Shown: positions 23,257 through 35,619 of the stretch, piece after piece
Layout of the letters: every line of letters starts with the position of its first letter
Numbering within the stretch: position 1 is the stretch's first letter
From: Heptranchias perlo
Taxonomy: Eukaryota
Direction: 5' to 3'
NCBI RefSeq assembly: GCF_035084215.1
Contig: NC_090345.1
Location: forward strand, 6,634,001-6,698,000
DNA length: 64,000 bases
Translations under genes and position numbers: made by a program
The notes under the pieces: model-generated
Databases searched by the model: none
What the model was told of the DNA's origin: nothing
Seen by the model: only the letters and a program-made list of their open reading frames with translations

Positions 23257-23727
23257 ACTTAGTTTGAGGCACCTTGTATTGAAAGGTAAACAGAGCTCCA
23301 AAGGGTCAATTTTCCAACTGTGTACCCCTGGCACGGACCCTCACTGTTTCCCTAACATGCTCTCCCAGTGGGCAAAGTTGCCTGCTAGGACCATGCATTT
23401 GGAACATTGTCCTTCAAATGTTAATGTGGTAAACGGGTTCGCAGCCTGTCCCGCACATTTTTCCTCATAAACCTCAGTCCTGACAGTTCCCTAATGCCGA
23501 CAGCTCTGGAGAGGTGAAGTTATAAACTGGAGAACCAAGAGGCTGACTTTTTTCCCCCCTATCCATAGCCCAAGGCCGCTACTGAGATCAGCAAGCTCAA
23601 CACAGACCAGACACTGAGCCTGGAAACTACCTGGTCTATACTCTAGACTCAACCCTGCCTTGGGAGAACCACTATCAGTTGTGAAAACTGTTGCCGTTGG
23701 CTTAGTTTCTTTGACCCAACAACATAT

Positions 23728-23835
23728 TCCGAGTTCTGACGAAAGGTCTTCGCCCTGAAACTTTAACTCTGTTTCTTTCTCCAAAGATGCTTCCTGACTT
23801 GCCGAGCTTCTCCAGCATTTTCTGTTTTTATTATA
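23728..23835 (+). mobile_element. Penelope-like element terminal repeat fragment with hammerhead-like core
   Basis: GAGTT-CTGACGA-AAGG.TCTTCG.CCCT-GAAAC-TTT-AACTC followed by ...gatgct.cctgacttgc.gag...ctccagcattttctgttttta. Confidence 0.65.
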
Positions 23836-24154
23836 GCATATTCTGAGGGTAGTCCCAGGAATGTGGGAATAACAAGGACCAGGAATGATCACTGTGCTCC
23901 ATCTACCTGGTCCCAAGGTTCAAAACGGAGCCGTCCTTATTTTAGTAACAACTCCATTTTACTGAAAGTGGGGGCAGGGAGGGGAGAGATGGGATGGAGG
24001 CTCACCATCCATGCTGCACCTTAGTTGGATGCAAGGCTACAGTTCTTTTGGGCTGTTTTTTTTGCTTCTCTGGTCAAAGCATTCTGTGCTCACTTATTAG
24101 GAATGGTGTGCTGGTCCTGGAGCAAGTCCAGCGATGATTCACCACTTTGATATC

Positions 24155-24650
24155 TTTAGGAAGGATGTCAAGGCCTTAGAGAGGTTTCAGAGGAGATTTA
24201 CTAGAATGATACCAGGGATGAGGGACTTCAGTTACATGGAGAGACTGGAGAAGCTGGGGTGGTCCTCCTGAGAACAGAGACGGTTAAGGGGAGATTCAAA
24301 ATCAGGCAGGGTTTTGATAGCGTAAGTAAGGAGAAATTGTTTCCAGTGGCAGAAGGGTCAGTAACCAGAGGACACAGGTTTAGGTAATTGGCAAAAGAAC
24401 CAGAGGCGAGATGAGGAGAATTTTCTTTATGCAGCGAGTTGTTCTGACCTGAAGTGCGCTGCCTGAAAGGGCGGTGGGAGCAAATTCAATAACTTTCAAA
24501 AGGGAATTGGATAAATGGTTGAAGGGAAAAAATTGCAAGGCTACAGGGAAAGGGCAGGGGAATGGGATTAATTGGATAGCTCTTTCAAAGAGTCAGCACA
24601 GGCAGGACCGGGTGAATGGCCTCCTTCTGTACTGTATCATTCTATGATCC
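24155..24650 (+). mobile_element. CR1 3' end
   Basis: tttaggaaggatgtcaaggccttagagagg...cattctatgatcc tail. Confidence 0.88.
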
Positions 24651-25024
24651 AATGAAGAGGACTGAGATGTGATGAGAAACCGTGTAACCTTAGGTTATAT
24701 TTCCTGAAGGTCAAAAGTGGTTTGGTCATCAGACTGAGGGTGTTCGAAATGATGAAGGGAAACGGCATCAATTTCCCCCTTCCAATAGGGGAATCCAGAC
24801 CAAGGGAACTGAATCTTAAAATTCAAACTAAGTCGGTTAATGGCCAATCCAGGGAAACATTTCTTCACGCAGCTGAGAGGATGTGGGGAATAGTGTCCCT
24901 GGACCCTATCCAAGCAACATCAACCGTGGTGTTTGAAAGAGAGAGCGAGATACTTACTTAGGCAGAGATATGGACAAAGAGGAAGGAATTGAGAGTAAAA
25001 CTATAAGGTGCTGCCATGTCTTTT

Positions 25025-26085
25025 CTTTAATTCGTTCATGGGATGTGGGCGTCGCTGGCGAGGCCAGCATTTATTGCCCATCCCTAATTGCCCTTGAGAA
25101 GGTGGTGGTGAGCCGCCTTCTTGAACCGCTGCAGTCCGTGTGGTAAAGGTTCTCCCACAGTGCTGTTAGGAAGGGAGTTCCAGGATTTTGACCCAGCGAC
25201 GATGAAGGAACAACAATATATTTCCAAGTCAGGATGGTGTGTGACTTGGAGGGGAACGTGCAGGTGGTGTTGTTCCCATGTGTCCTTCTAGGTAGTAGCA
25301 GTCGCGGGTTTGGGAGGTGCTGTTGAAGAAGCCTTGGCAAGTTGCTGCAGTGCATCCTGTAGATGGTACACACTGCAGCCACGGTGCGCTGATGGTGAAG
25401 GGAGTGAATGTTTAGGGTGGTGGATGGGGTGCCAATCAAGCAGGCTGCTTTGTCCTGGATGGTGTGGAGATTCTTGAGTGTTGTTGGAGCTGCACTCATC
25501 CAGGCAAGTGGAGAGTATTCCATCGCACTCCTAACTTGTGCCTTGTAGATGGTGGAAAGGCTTTGGAGAGTCAGGAGGTGAGTCACTCGTCGCAGAATAC
25601 CCAGCCTCTGACCTGCTCTTGTAGCCACAGTATTTATGTGGCTGGTCCAGTTAAGTTTCTGGTCAAAGGTGACCCCCAGGATGTTGATGGTGGAAGATTC
25701 GGCAATGGTAATGCCGTTGAATGTGAAGGGGAGGTGGTTAGACTCTCTCTTGTTGGAGACGGTCATTGCCTGGCACTTGTCTGGCGTGAACGTTACTTGT
25801 CACTTATCAGCCCAAGCCTGGATGTTGTCCAGGTCTTGCTGCATGCGGGCATGGACTGCCTCATTATCTGAGGGATTGCGAATGGAACTGAACACTGTGC
25901 AATCATCATCGAACATCCCCATTTTTGACCTTATGATGGAGGGAAGGTCATTGATGAAGCAGCTGAAGATGGTTGGGCCTAGGACATTCCCCTGAGGAAC
26001 TCCTGCAACAATGTCCTGAGGCTGCGATAATTGGCTTCCAACATCCACTACCATCTTCCTTTGTGCTAGGTATGATTCCAGCTTT
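25025..26085 (-). mobile_element. Family-B CR1-group LINE, RT C-terminal half
   Basis: AGVPQG.VLGPTIFSCFINDLP, MF.DDCTV and YKAQVRS.MEYSP; near-identical to 42740-43925. Confidence 0.93.
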
Positions 26086-26399
26086 ACAAAATGGTGGAGC
26101 AGGCATGGAGTACCAAAATATTTCGAATTTATGTAGAACATTCCATTATTTTTTATATATATATATATACACACACATTTGTCAAATTCTACGTTATTAC
26201 AGTCAGTTTTTGGCCCATGAGAAAGAAAATCATCTTCTCAGAAGGATCATCCAGAGCCAGTTTTGGCTCCGAGTGGAAGTTTCCTTGGCTTTCAGAGGCT
26301 AAGCATGGGATTGTTGAATCAATCCCAATTCTGTTCAAACTGGAAGGCTGGTGCCAAGTTGCTCCACTTCAAAGCCACCCAATGAACAATCTTTCCTGT

Positions 26400-26720
26400 C
26401 ACTCTGTCATGCCATTTCTCCTTCCCCTCATCCTTGTTTGCGAGTCAAACACTGTCAAACCGAATAGGGAGAAAGGCACCTTACTGAGTTCTATTGTTTT
26501 TACATCTTTTATGCCCCTACCAAGTTCTAGATATGTTCTCTTACATCTCCTTTCTTCTCTGTGTTGAAGTCAAAACTTCTCGCATCATCTCCCAATCCAA
26601 CTCATTCTTTCCCAAGTCCTCAAAACTGTGGAACTCGTCTCCTTCAATATTCTCTCCCTCCCACAATACACAATTTACAATTTAAACTTGGTGTCAATTA
26701 ACTAGTCCTTTTTTGATTTA
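26400..26720 (+). mobile_element. Old LINE C-terminal remnant (CR1/Crack-like)
   Basis: SNSFFPKSSKLWNSSP, a degenerate SFFP...LWNSLP LINE terminus. Confidence 0.5.
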
Positions 26721-27197
26721 CATTATATTCTCTTTTGCCCTTGCCTTGTGCAGAAGGCCCTAGGTTTAAGCCCCACTGCGGAACTTTGTGCGTATAATCT
26801 ATGTTGACATTTCAGTGCAATGCTGAGGGCGTGCTGCATTGCCAGAGGTGCTGTCTTTTAGATATGACTTAAAACTGAAGCCCCCATTTGCCTGTTCAGG
26901 AGGACGTAAATGAACCCAAGGCACTACTTGGAGACGAGCAAGGGACTTCTGATACGCAGGCCAACATTTATCCCTTACCACCACCGAAACAAATTAACTT
27001 GTTTATACTCTTGAATCCTCTAAATACATCTTACATCTGAAACCAATATACTGGTCAAAGGGACGAGGGAAAAAAGCCAAATCTCCACTTGCCTTTAATA
27101 GTTGAAAATTGTTCAAGTAAAACAATTGGAAAGACTTCTGCAATTTAATGACTGACCGAAAGTAAATTAAAAAGGATTCCCAACTATCTCCTGAAAG

Positions 27198-27372
27198 GTT
27201 GCAGTTGTTTTTGTATCTTCATGCTCTTCCCTTGGAGAATAGTGTGAAGTAATGGAAGGATTTGCAGACTGATCAACAGACTGACAGGGTGGTGCTGTTG
27301 TTGTTTATGTTCCCTTCACGTTCTTCCCTTGGAGAATAGTGTGAAGTCAGTGGAAAGATTGGCAGTCTGACA
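27198..27372. repeat. Tandem duplication, about 97-bp unit, about 1.7 copies
   Basis: tcttcccttggagaatagtgtgaagt occurs at about 27226 and about 27322 with similar flanks. Confidence 0.8.
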
Positions 27373-27849
27373 GGCCGCGGCCGTAACCACCTTTATACCA
27401 CTGGATAGGGTGATTAGTCCTGTATTCGGGAGGGTTTTATGGGCTCCCACAACCCATACGGTGAGGGGTGAGGGCCATCCGCATCCACCGGACATGAGTT
27501 TCCCTGCTGGGGGTCAACCCGGAATTCAGAGCCGGAGTCACCGCGGTCCCCAACTGCCTGGAGTGGGGGTTCAAACTCTGCACCCTCTGACTCAGAGGGG
27601 GAAACGCCTCCACTAAGGCAGAGGCTCTCTCCCCCTTGGAGGTGAGTGGTGATGACCTTTCTCGCTCTCCTTAGTTTGGTTCGGTCGGGAGCATTCTCAC
27701 ACCACTGGATTAGAGAGTTGTGGGTTCAAGACCCACTGCAAACGTGAGCACATGATCTAGGCTGACACTACTGAGAGTATGCTGGAATGTTAGGGGTGCT
27801 GTTTACTGGATGAGACATTAAACCGAGGTTCTACCTGCTTGTTCTGATG

Positions 27850-29450
27850 CACAACCTTTTGGGGGAGTGAGTTTCGTGTTTCCGCTAACCTTTGGGTGAA
27901 AGTGTGCTTCCTGATTTCACTCCTGAAAGGCCGAGCTCTAATTTTAAGATTGTGTCTCCTTGTTCTGGATTCCCCCATCATAGGAAATAGTTTTTCTGGT
28001 ATCATTCTGGTGAATCTGCACTGCATCCCCTTCAAGGTTAATACATCCTTCCTGAGGTGCGGTGCCCAGAACTCAATGCAATACCCCAGCTGGGGTCTGA
28101 CCAAGGCTCTGTACAATTGAAACATCACTTCCTCCTCTTTGTATTTCAGCCAACATTCCATTAGCCCGTTTGATTACATTTTCTACCTGTGCTCTAGCTT
28201 TTAGTGAATTGTGTACATGGACACCTAAATCCCTTTTCTCCTCCACAGTTCCTAGTCTCTCGCCATTAAGAAAATATTCCCATTTGTCTTTCTCAGATCC
28301 AAAGTGGATGACCTCACATGTTCTCACATTGAATGCCATCTGCCATAGTTTTGCCCACTCATTTAGTCTGTCTACGTTCCTCTGTACCTTCCTCCTCCCA
28401 TCCACACAATTTACTGTGCCTCCGAACTTAGTGTCATCTGCAAACTTGGATATACAGCTCTATCCCGCCATCTAAATCATTGATATATATGGTGAAAAGC
28501 TGAAGCCCCTGTACAGATTCCTGAGGGCAACACTTGTCACATCCTGCAAATCAGACAATGAAACCTTTATCCTACTCTCTGTCTCCGACATCCCAACCAA
28601 TTTTCAACCCATTTCACAAGGTTACCTCCAATTCTATGCGCTTTCATTTTTGCTAATAATCTTTTGTGCTGAACCTGATCAAAATGCCTTCTGGAAGTCC
28701 ATGTAGACAACGTCCATAGACATTCCCTTATCCACCATGTTAATGACCTCCTCAAAAAATTCAACTAGATTAGTCAGACTTGACCCACCTTCACAAATCC
28801 ATGCTGACCCTCCTTGATCAGCTCATACTTGTCAAGTGCTCAGTCACTCTCGCTGATGATAGATTCCAGTAACTTCCCCACAATTGATATTAAACTGACA
28901 GGTCTATAGTTACCTGGTTTCTCACTCCCTCTCTTCTTAAATAATGGAGTGACATTTGAATCTAAAGGCACAATTCTTGAATCTAGAAAGCTTTGGAAAA
29001 TTATAACTAATGTATCTGCAATTTTCTCACCTATTTTTGTTAATACCCTGGGGTGGAAACCTTCCGGACCTGGAAATTTGTCTATCTTAAGTCCCATTAT
29101 TTTCTCCATTATCATTTAAAACTTATATTAAATCAACTAAGTTCCTCCCCTTGACTTATTTTTAGGTTTCCCTGTCCTGCTGGTATTTTGTCCTCATTCT
29201 CTACTGTGAAGACAGATACAAAGTACTCATTTAACAAGTCTGCCATTTTCTTTTTATCCATTATGATCTCCCCCGCACCATATTTACGTTTCCCCTTTCC
29301 ACTCTCTTAACATATTTATACCAACTTTTACTGTTAACTTTGATATTCCTTGTGAGCTTTTATTCATTCTTACCTTTTTTACACCTCTTATTACTTTCTT
29401 TGTTGCTTTTTACAGCTCGCTCTCCGAGTCCACTAGATTTCTGCTGTTTC
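27850..29450 (-). mobile_element. CR1 LINE, long degraded RT fragment with internal deletions
   Basis: KIDK.PGP.GFHPRVL, VTPLFKK....PGNYRPVSL.SIVGKLLESII, and LVRPQL.YC..FWAPH. Confidence 0.92.
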
Positions 29451-30539
29451 TTGCATTTGTGGCAACCTTTTCAGAAACGGAGATACAGTACCAAACGTTA
29501 GAACTAAATGATGCGAAAGTTGAAATTATTAAACAACAAAAATTATTGTTCATTATGATATAGGTAGACTAGAATAGGTAGAAAGAGGAATAGGAAAGAA
29601 AGATAAAAGAACCTATATTTATATACAGCCTTTCATGAATTCAGGACATCCCAAAATGTTCCACAGCCAATGAAGTACTTTTGAAGTATTGTCTCTGTTG
29701 TACTGTAGGGAAAAATATATTGCCATACCCTGTTCACAGAAACATCTGAAAATGCTTTACATCCAATCAGTTACATCTTCGAATTGTTATGGAGGCAAAT
29801 GTGGCAGCCATTTTGCACACAGCAAGATCCCATAAACAGCAATGAGAGGAGCAATCATTTAATCTGTTTATGGTGGTGTTTGAGGGTAGAATTTCACCCA
29901 GGACACAAGGAGATCTCTCTTACTCCTCATTGAATCATGCCATTATTTTGCAGATTTAATTACAAATTGATTTCAAATTCTCAAACTGCCACGGTGGGAT
30001 TTGAGCTCAGGATTGTAAATTCAAGCCTCTGGATTACAAGTTAATGCGAGAACGGTTCAAACCAGTAACAGGCGGCTTTAGGACTGGTACCAGGAATTTC
30101 TTCACACAAAAAGTGATTGCCAAATGGAACGGACTCAAGGATAGACTAGTGGAGGCAGAAACCCTGGGATCATTTAAGCAACAATTGGAAGCTGCAATAG
30201 GGGGAATGCAGGGTCTTTCAGGATGGGTGAATTAAGATGGGCCGAATAGCTTCCCCCATCTGTAATTATCTCATGATCTTTGTGAACGGTGTATTTTTTT
30301 GTAACAAGAAAAGCAATTTGTTGACACAGAGTAGAGGGGGCTTTACTTTAAAGTTTGCAGTTCCACTGGGTTTCCAGTACTTTGATGTTCATGGCGGGCT
30401 CTTTCTTTTTACAATGCTTGGGTCCAGAGTTCAAATAGAATTTAGTGTTAACGATATAATTGCACCAACAAATCTACCGGTAGGCCATCCAAGCAGCGAC
30501 AATAAGCGCCTGTAACTGATGGTGCAGCAATTCAACCTA

Positions 30540-30935
30540 CATAGAATGTACAGCACAGAAACAGGCCATTCGGCCCAACTGGTCCATACTGGTTTATACT
30601 CCGAGCCTCCTCCCACCCCTCTTCATCTCACCCTATCTTCATACTCTTCTATTCCTTTCACCCTCATGTGCTTATCTAGCTTCCCCTTAAATGCATCTGT
30701 GCTATTTGCCTCAACTACTCTTTGTGGTAGTAAGTTCTACGTTCTCACCACTCTCTGGGTAAAGGAGTTTGTCCTGAATTCCTTATTGGATTTATTAGTG
30801 GCCCCTAGTTCTGGTCTCCCTCACAAGTGCAAACATCTTCTCTACGTCTACCCTATCATAATCTTAAAGACCTCTATCAGGTCACCTCTCAGCCTTCCCT
30901 TTTCTAGAGAAAAGAGCTGCAGCCTGTTCAGTCTG
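30540..30935 (-). mobile_element. CR1 3' end
   Basis: Reverse complement of the subfamily at 18436 and 41955. Confidence 0.85.
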
Positions 30936-30939
30936 GGCT

Positions 30940-31350
30940 TTTTTTTTATTCGTTCACAGGATGTGGGCGTTGCTGGCAAGGCCGGCATTTATTGCCCATC
31001 CCTAGCGAGATTTTACAACTGAGTGGCTTGCTAGGCCATTTCAGAGGGCAATTAAGAATCAACCACATTGCTGTGGGTCTGGAGTCACATATAGGCCAGA
31101 CCAGGTAAGGACGGCAGGTTTCCTTCCCTAAAGGACATTAGTGAACCAGATGGGTTTTTACGACAAATCCGATAGTTTCATGGCCATCATTACTGATACT
31201 AGTATTTTAATTCCAGATTTTTATTGAATTAATTAATTGAATTTAAATTCACCAGCTGCCGTGGCGGGATTTGAACTCATGACTCTGGATTTTAGTCTAG
31301 GCCGCCTGATTACTAGCCCAGTAACATAACCACTATGCTACCGTACCCAT
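30940..31350 (-). mobile_element. tRNA-SINE with family-B LINE tail (SINE-B), near full length
   Basis: Head ggtagcatagtggttatgttactgg with B-box gagttcaaatccc; body gtcctttagggaaggaaacctgccgtccttacc; tail tagggatgggcaataaatgcc...gaat(A)n. Confidence 0.8.
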
Positions 31351-31444
31351 GGTTCAGTCTGAGCTGGGGTTTACTGACCATGTGGTAACACCAGGGAATT
31401 ATGGTACATGCGACTGTGCCAATGATATTTCGCCCACGTTGTTT

Positions 31445-31850
31445 TTTCAAATATTCTTCCTTGGGATGTGGGCGTCGCAGGCAAGGCCGGCATTTATTGC
31501 CCATCCCTAGTTGCCCCTTGAGAAGGCGGTGGTGGGCCTTCTTCTTGAACCGCTGCAGTCCGTGTGGTTAAACTGCTCCCACGGCACTGCTTCTGTAGTG
31601 GGTTTGATACAACTGAGGGCCTTGCTTGGCCACATCAGAGGGCAGTTAAGAGTCAACCACGTCGGAGTGGGGACTGAAGTCACATTTGAGCCAGACCGGG
31701 TAAGGATAACAGGTTACCTTCCCTGAAGGGACATTCGTGAACCTGTTGGGTTTTTACGAGAACCTGACAGCTTCATGGTCACTGTTACTGATACCAGTAT
31801 TTTTAAAAAGCTGAATTGAAATTCACAGATGCGATGGCAGGATTTGACCA
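31445..31850 (-). mobile_element. SINE-B / family-B tail, degraded
   Basis: Same tail and body motifs as 30940-31350. Confidence 0.7.
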
Positions 31851-33124
31851 TTGCCTTATGAGAGCCTTGACAACGAGCGATGACAGACGACAGTCGTGAC
31901 AGTCTAGCCTACTCCTGTCCTCCCTCAGAGTCCACTGGGGGAGAGGGAGGTCTCAGTGGACCATGATCATGTGTTTGAACACAAGCCCAGTTTGGGGATC
32001 CTGTCCTCATAATTTAACCCTTCTGTGTCCCAGTATCATTCTGGTGAAATCTGCGTCGCACCCCTCTCCAAGGCCGACGTATCCTTTCCTGAGGAGCTGG
32101 TGCCTAAAACGAACTTGAGGCCATTCGTAGCTACTGCCGTGGAAGGAGATCAGCTCACTCAACAGGTGACCTGGGCGGGGTTTCGAAACCTGGCCCCTTC
32201 CTGACCTGCGAGGGTCAGCTCCTGCCTTAATCAGCTCAAGCTATCAGGCCAGCCATCTTCTGTATGATCTTTCTTTTTGAACACAAGCCAGGAACATTGG
32301 AAGAGAAAATACAGTTGCATTGCCAGCCCACGCGAGTGTGATGCCATGAATGGATAATGGCTGTGAAATCAGGCTGAGAGCCCAGTAGAAGTCTTTCAAA
32401 AGAGCTCTCCCTGAACACACACACACAGAGCAGCTCTCTGGTGCTTCAGGGATGCCCCAAACTGTAGTCTTTCAATCTCGCGAAACAATCGACACAAAGG
32501 GCCCCTTTCACGAATTCTTTTGTCCGATCGAGTAATTTCAATCAAATATCAGGATTAAGGTCTTTGAACCCGTTGATGTGCCTTCCTTGGGACAAATGGT
32601 CCCTTTGTCAAGCCAAAGTACTCATTTTATTGCTCTTTGTCTCTTTTGCCTTCTGCAGGCTCCTTGCCGTTGAATGGGGGACCTCATGCATGGAGTTGCT
32701 TCATTCAGCCAGCTCCCACCCACCAAGCAAACCTCTGACTGGGCCCTGGGATCACAGAGAGCAGAGGAACTTCCCAGTGGATTAGTGCTCATTTCCCTCT
32801 TCACACTTCCCGTAACTTCTTTTGGAAAGAGGCGGCCTTTGAAGATTTTGAAGGCCTCCGATTCTCCCCGCCACCCACCCCCAATCCCGTTCCTCTCCCG
32901 ATGTTTAATGAGCGGCCATCTTGTGGGACGCCTGCCCATTCATCTCCTCCCACACCACGGCCCAGGGCCCCCCTTCCGTGTGAGATGGCAATTCGCGCGT
33001 ACTCGGTCCGATTTACTGTCCTGTACTTGCTGCTCACTCTCCTCGACGCCGGGGAGACCAAACGCAGATCGAGCTGACGGCTTGACCAAGCTCCTCCGTT
33101 CTCCCCCCCCCCCCCCAACGGATA

Positions 33125-33555
33125 CGGGTAGTGTCGTGGGTTATGTTACTGGACTAGTATTCCAGTAGAACGATGGCAGTTTGAGAATTTGAAATCAGTT
33201 TAAATTAAAAAGCTGCGGGCAGCATAAGTGACCGTGACGCTGTCAGATTGTCGTAAAAACACAATTGATTCACTCATGTCCTTTGGGGAAGGAAACCTGT
33301 CGTCCTTACCCGGTCTGGCCTATATGTGACTCCAGTCCCATACCAACATGGTTGCTTTGAACTGCCCTCATGGCCTAGTCCTAACCCTCAGTAGTATCAA
33401 ATCACTTTAAGAAGAAGGGCACGATGGGCCGAAGGGCCTCTATCCGTGCTGTATAACTCTAAGGCCCAACGCCACCTTTTCAGGGCAACTAGGGATGGGC
33501 AATAAATGCCAACCTTTCCAGCGACGCCCACAATCCCAAGAATGAATTTATTTTA
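33125..33555 (+). mobile_element. SINE-B with short inserted CR1 tail (about 33415-33460)
   Basis: Same head, body and tail as 30940-31350. Confidence 0.75.
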
Positions 33556-33877
33556 AAGTGTGACCCTGATCACTCTCTGCATGTCGCTCGCTATATTAAA
33601 ACCCTCCACCCATTCCCACTCTGACGTCTGGCCTTCGACCCTGTTCCAATGAAGCTCAAAGCAAGCTACTGGAACAGTTTCTGCAGGACACGGCAGCCTC
33701 AACACTGACTTTAACAAGTTCAAAAACCTCATTTACATCCCCCCTATTCTTTACAGCAAGCAGTGCTGGGTGATAGCGGGTGGGTCTGCTGGCATCTGGT
33801 GGTGGGGGGAGGGGGGAGCGGTGAGGTTGGGCGGCAGGTTGATGTTTGGGGTGGAGAAGACACAGCTGGAGGGGGAG

Positions 33878-34215
33878 TATGTGCCCTTGGTCTGTGCCCT
33901 TGGTCTGTGCCCTTGGTCTGTCCCCTTGGTTTGTCTCTTTGGTTTGTGCCCTTGGTTTGTGCCCTTGGTTTGTGGCCTTGGTCTGTGCCCTTGGTCTGTC
34001 CCCTTGGTCTGTCCCCTTGGTCTGTGCCCTTGGTTTGTGCCCTTGGTTTGTGGCCTTGGTCTGTGCCCTTGGTCTGTTCCCTTGGTCTGTCCCCTTGGTT
34101 TGTGCCCTTGGTTTGTGCCCTTGGTCTGTGCCCTTGGTCATTGCTCTTGGTCATTGCTCTCATCTGTCCCCTTGGTCTGTGTCCTTGGTCTGTCCCCTTG
34201 GTCTGTCCCCTTGGT
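33878..34215. repeat. 13-bp minisatellite (TCTGTGCCCTTGG)n, about 26 copies
   Basis: Direct tandem array with T/C and G/C variants. Confidence 0.97.
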
Positions 34216-35619
34216 CTTGAGCCTACCTGTTTTCTCCCTTTGGGACTGGCAGACCAGCCACTTTTTGCCTGCTTTTCCCTGCTTTAATTTCAGACCCGAT
34301 CTCCAGGGATGTCTGTGGTTTGAAAGTCTCCCCATTGAGGATTGAGAAGAGCACCCCAGCCTACACCTTCCTGACTCATCTTGGGGAGGTTGGTGGAACT
34401 GAGGTCAAAGGTCAGCAGGTGCCGATACTTGTCTGAAGGAACGTGTGGCTTGTCCAGTGTTCGTTATCAGTCAGGCAACTTGGGAGCATGGCAACAATCT
34501 TTGAGTCAACGGAGGAGGCAGGGAGGTAGGGCTGAGATCAGCTGACAAATTGGGAATCAAACCTGGGGCCTACATACCAGGGGGACTGTTTCTTTGAGAA
34601 GCCACAAGGTGTTCACCAAACCTATATCTGTTCGGTGATAAACAAATGACTTTAACCCAGCGAGGTTGCAGGAAAGTGGAAGAGTGTGCAAAACGCCATT
34701 TTGGGAACTCTACATTATCAACAAATTATTGTTACCAAACCACGATTAATAGAAATGATTCGCTCTTATATATTTTTTAAAAACATTTTTATCAACAGAC
34801 GATGGAAAGAAGCCTCTAAAGCAACAGGCAGTTTTATCATCAGCGCAGATACTCGTTGTCAAGCCTTTTATTTTTATCTATTCACCCGCTGTTGGAAAAT
34901 TCCAGAACAAAGTGACGTTCTCACATTTCAGCAACAATGCGGATAAATCTTTTGAAGCCGTGAAACTTGGCAATAAAACATTGACTGGGGTGAAACAATG
35001 AATATATCACATATTTTGTGAAGAGGGCCAGCTTGGACTTCACGTAACAAGGGCCACTGACACCACGGGGATGCTTCTGGCACATTCTTTTATTCCTCCG
35101 AGACCCATCTCAAAGGTTCATCTCATGCGCTTACTGTAGCGTGACTGTTTGGATTGGAGAGGTTTTGACACAAATTACTACCCGCCCTTCAACCAAAGGC
35201 ACAAGTGAGAAATATCGCCCTACAAGAAAAAGCTTGTCGTCTGATGCATTGTCCTTCTCTCAGCTCTAGCCTCCGGCCTCTCTTTCATATATGTGACAAC
35301 TTTTCTTGTCTCTGTTTTATTGCTACTTCTTTTTGGCCATTATAGCTGTGAACTTTCCTGCCTTGTTCTGCCTAAATCTATCACCCTACATGCCCTTCCC
35401 TCTGTTCTGTGCCTTTATGGTGTCAAAATGAAGACTCATTACCACTGTCTCCAACCCTCAGAACCTCAAACCACCACAGGTCCTTTACTCCCGACAATCT
35501 ACAGGCTCCTAAACCTGCGTGTCGCCAGGCTACTGCTTCTGGATTCACTTCCTCTTTCCTGCTGTTACTGACTACGAGGATGTCCTGATAGGCCCCTTAT
35601 TTGGATTTCTTAGTTGGGG

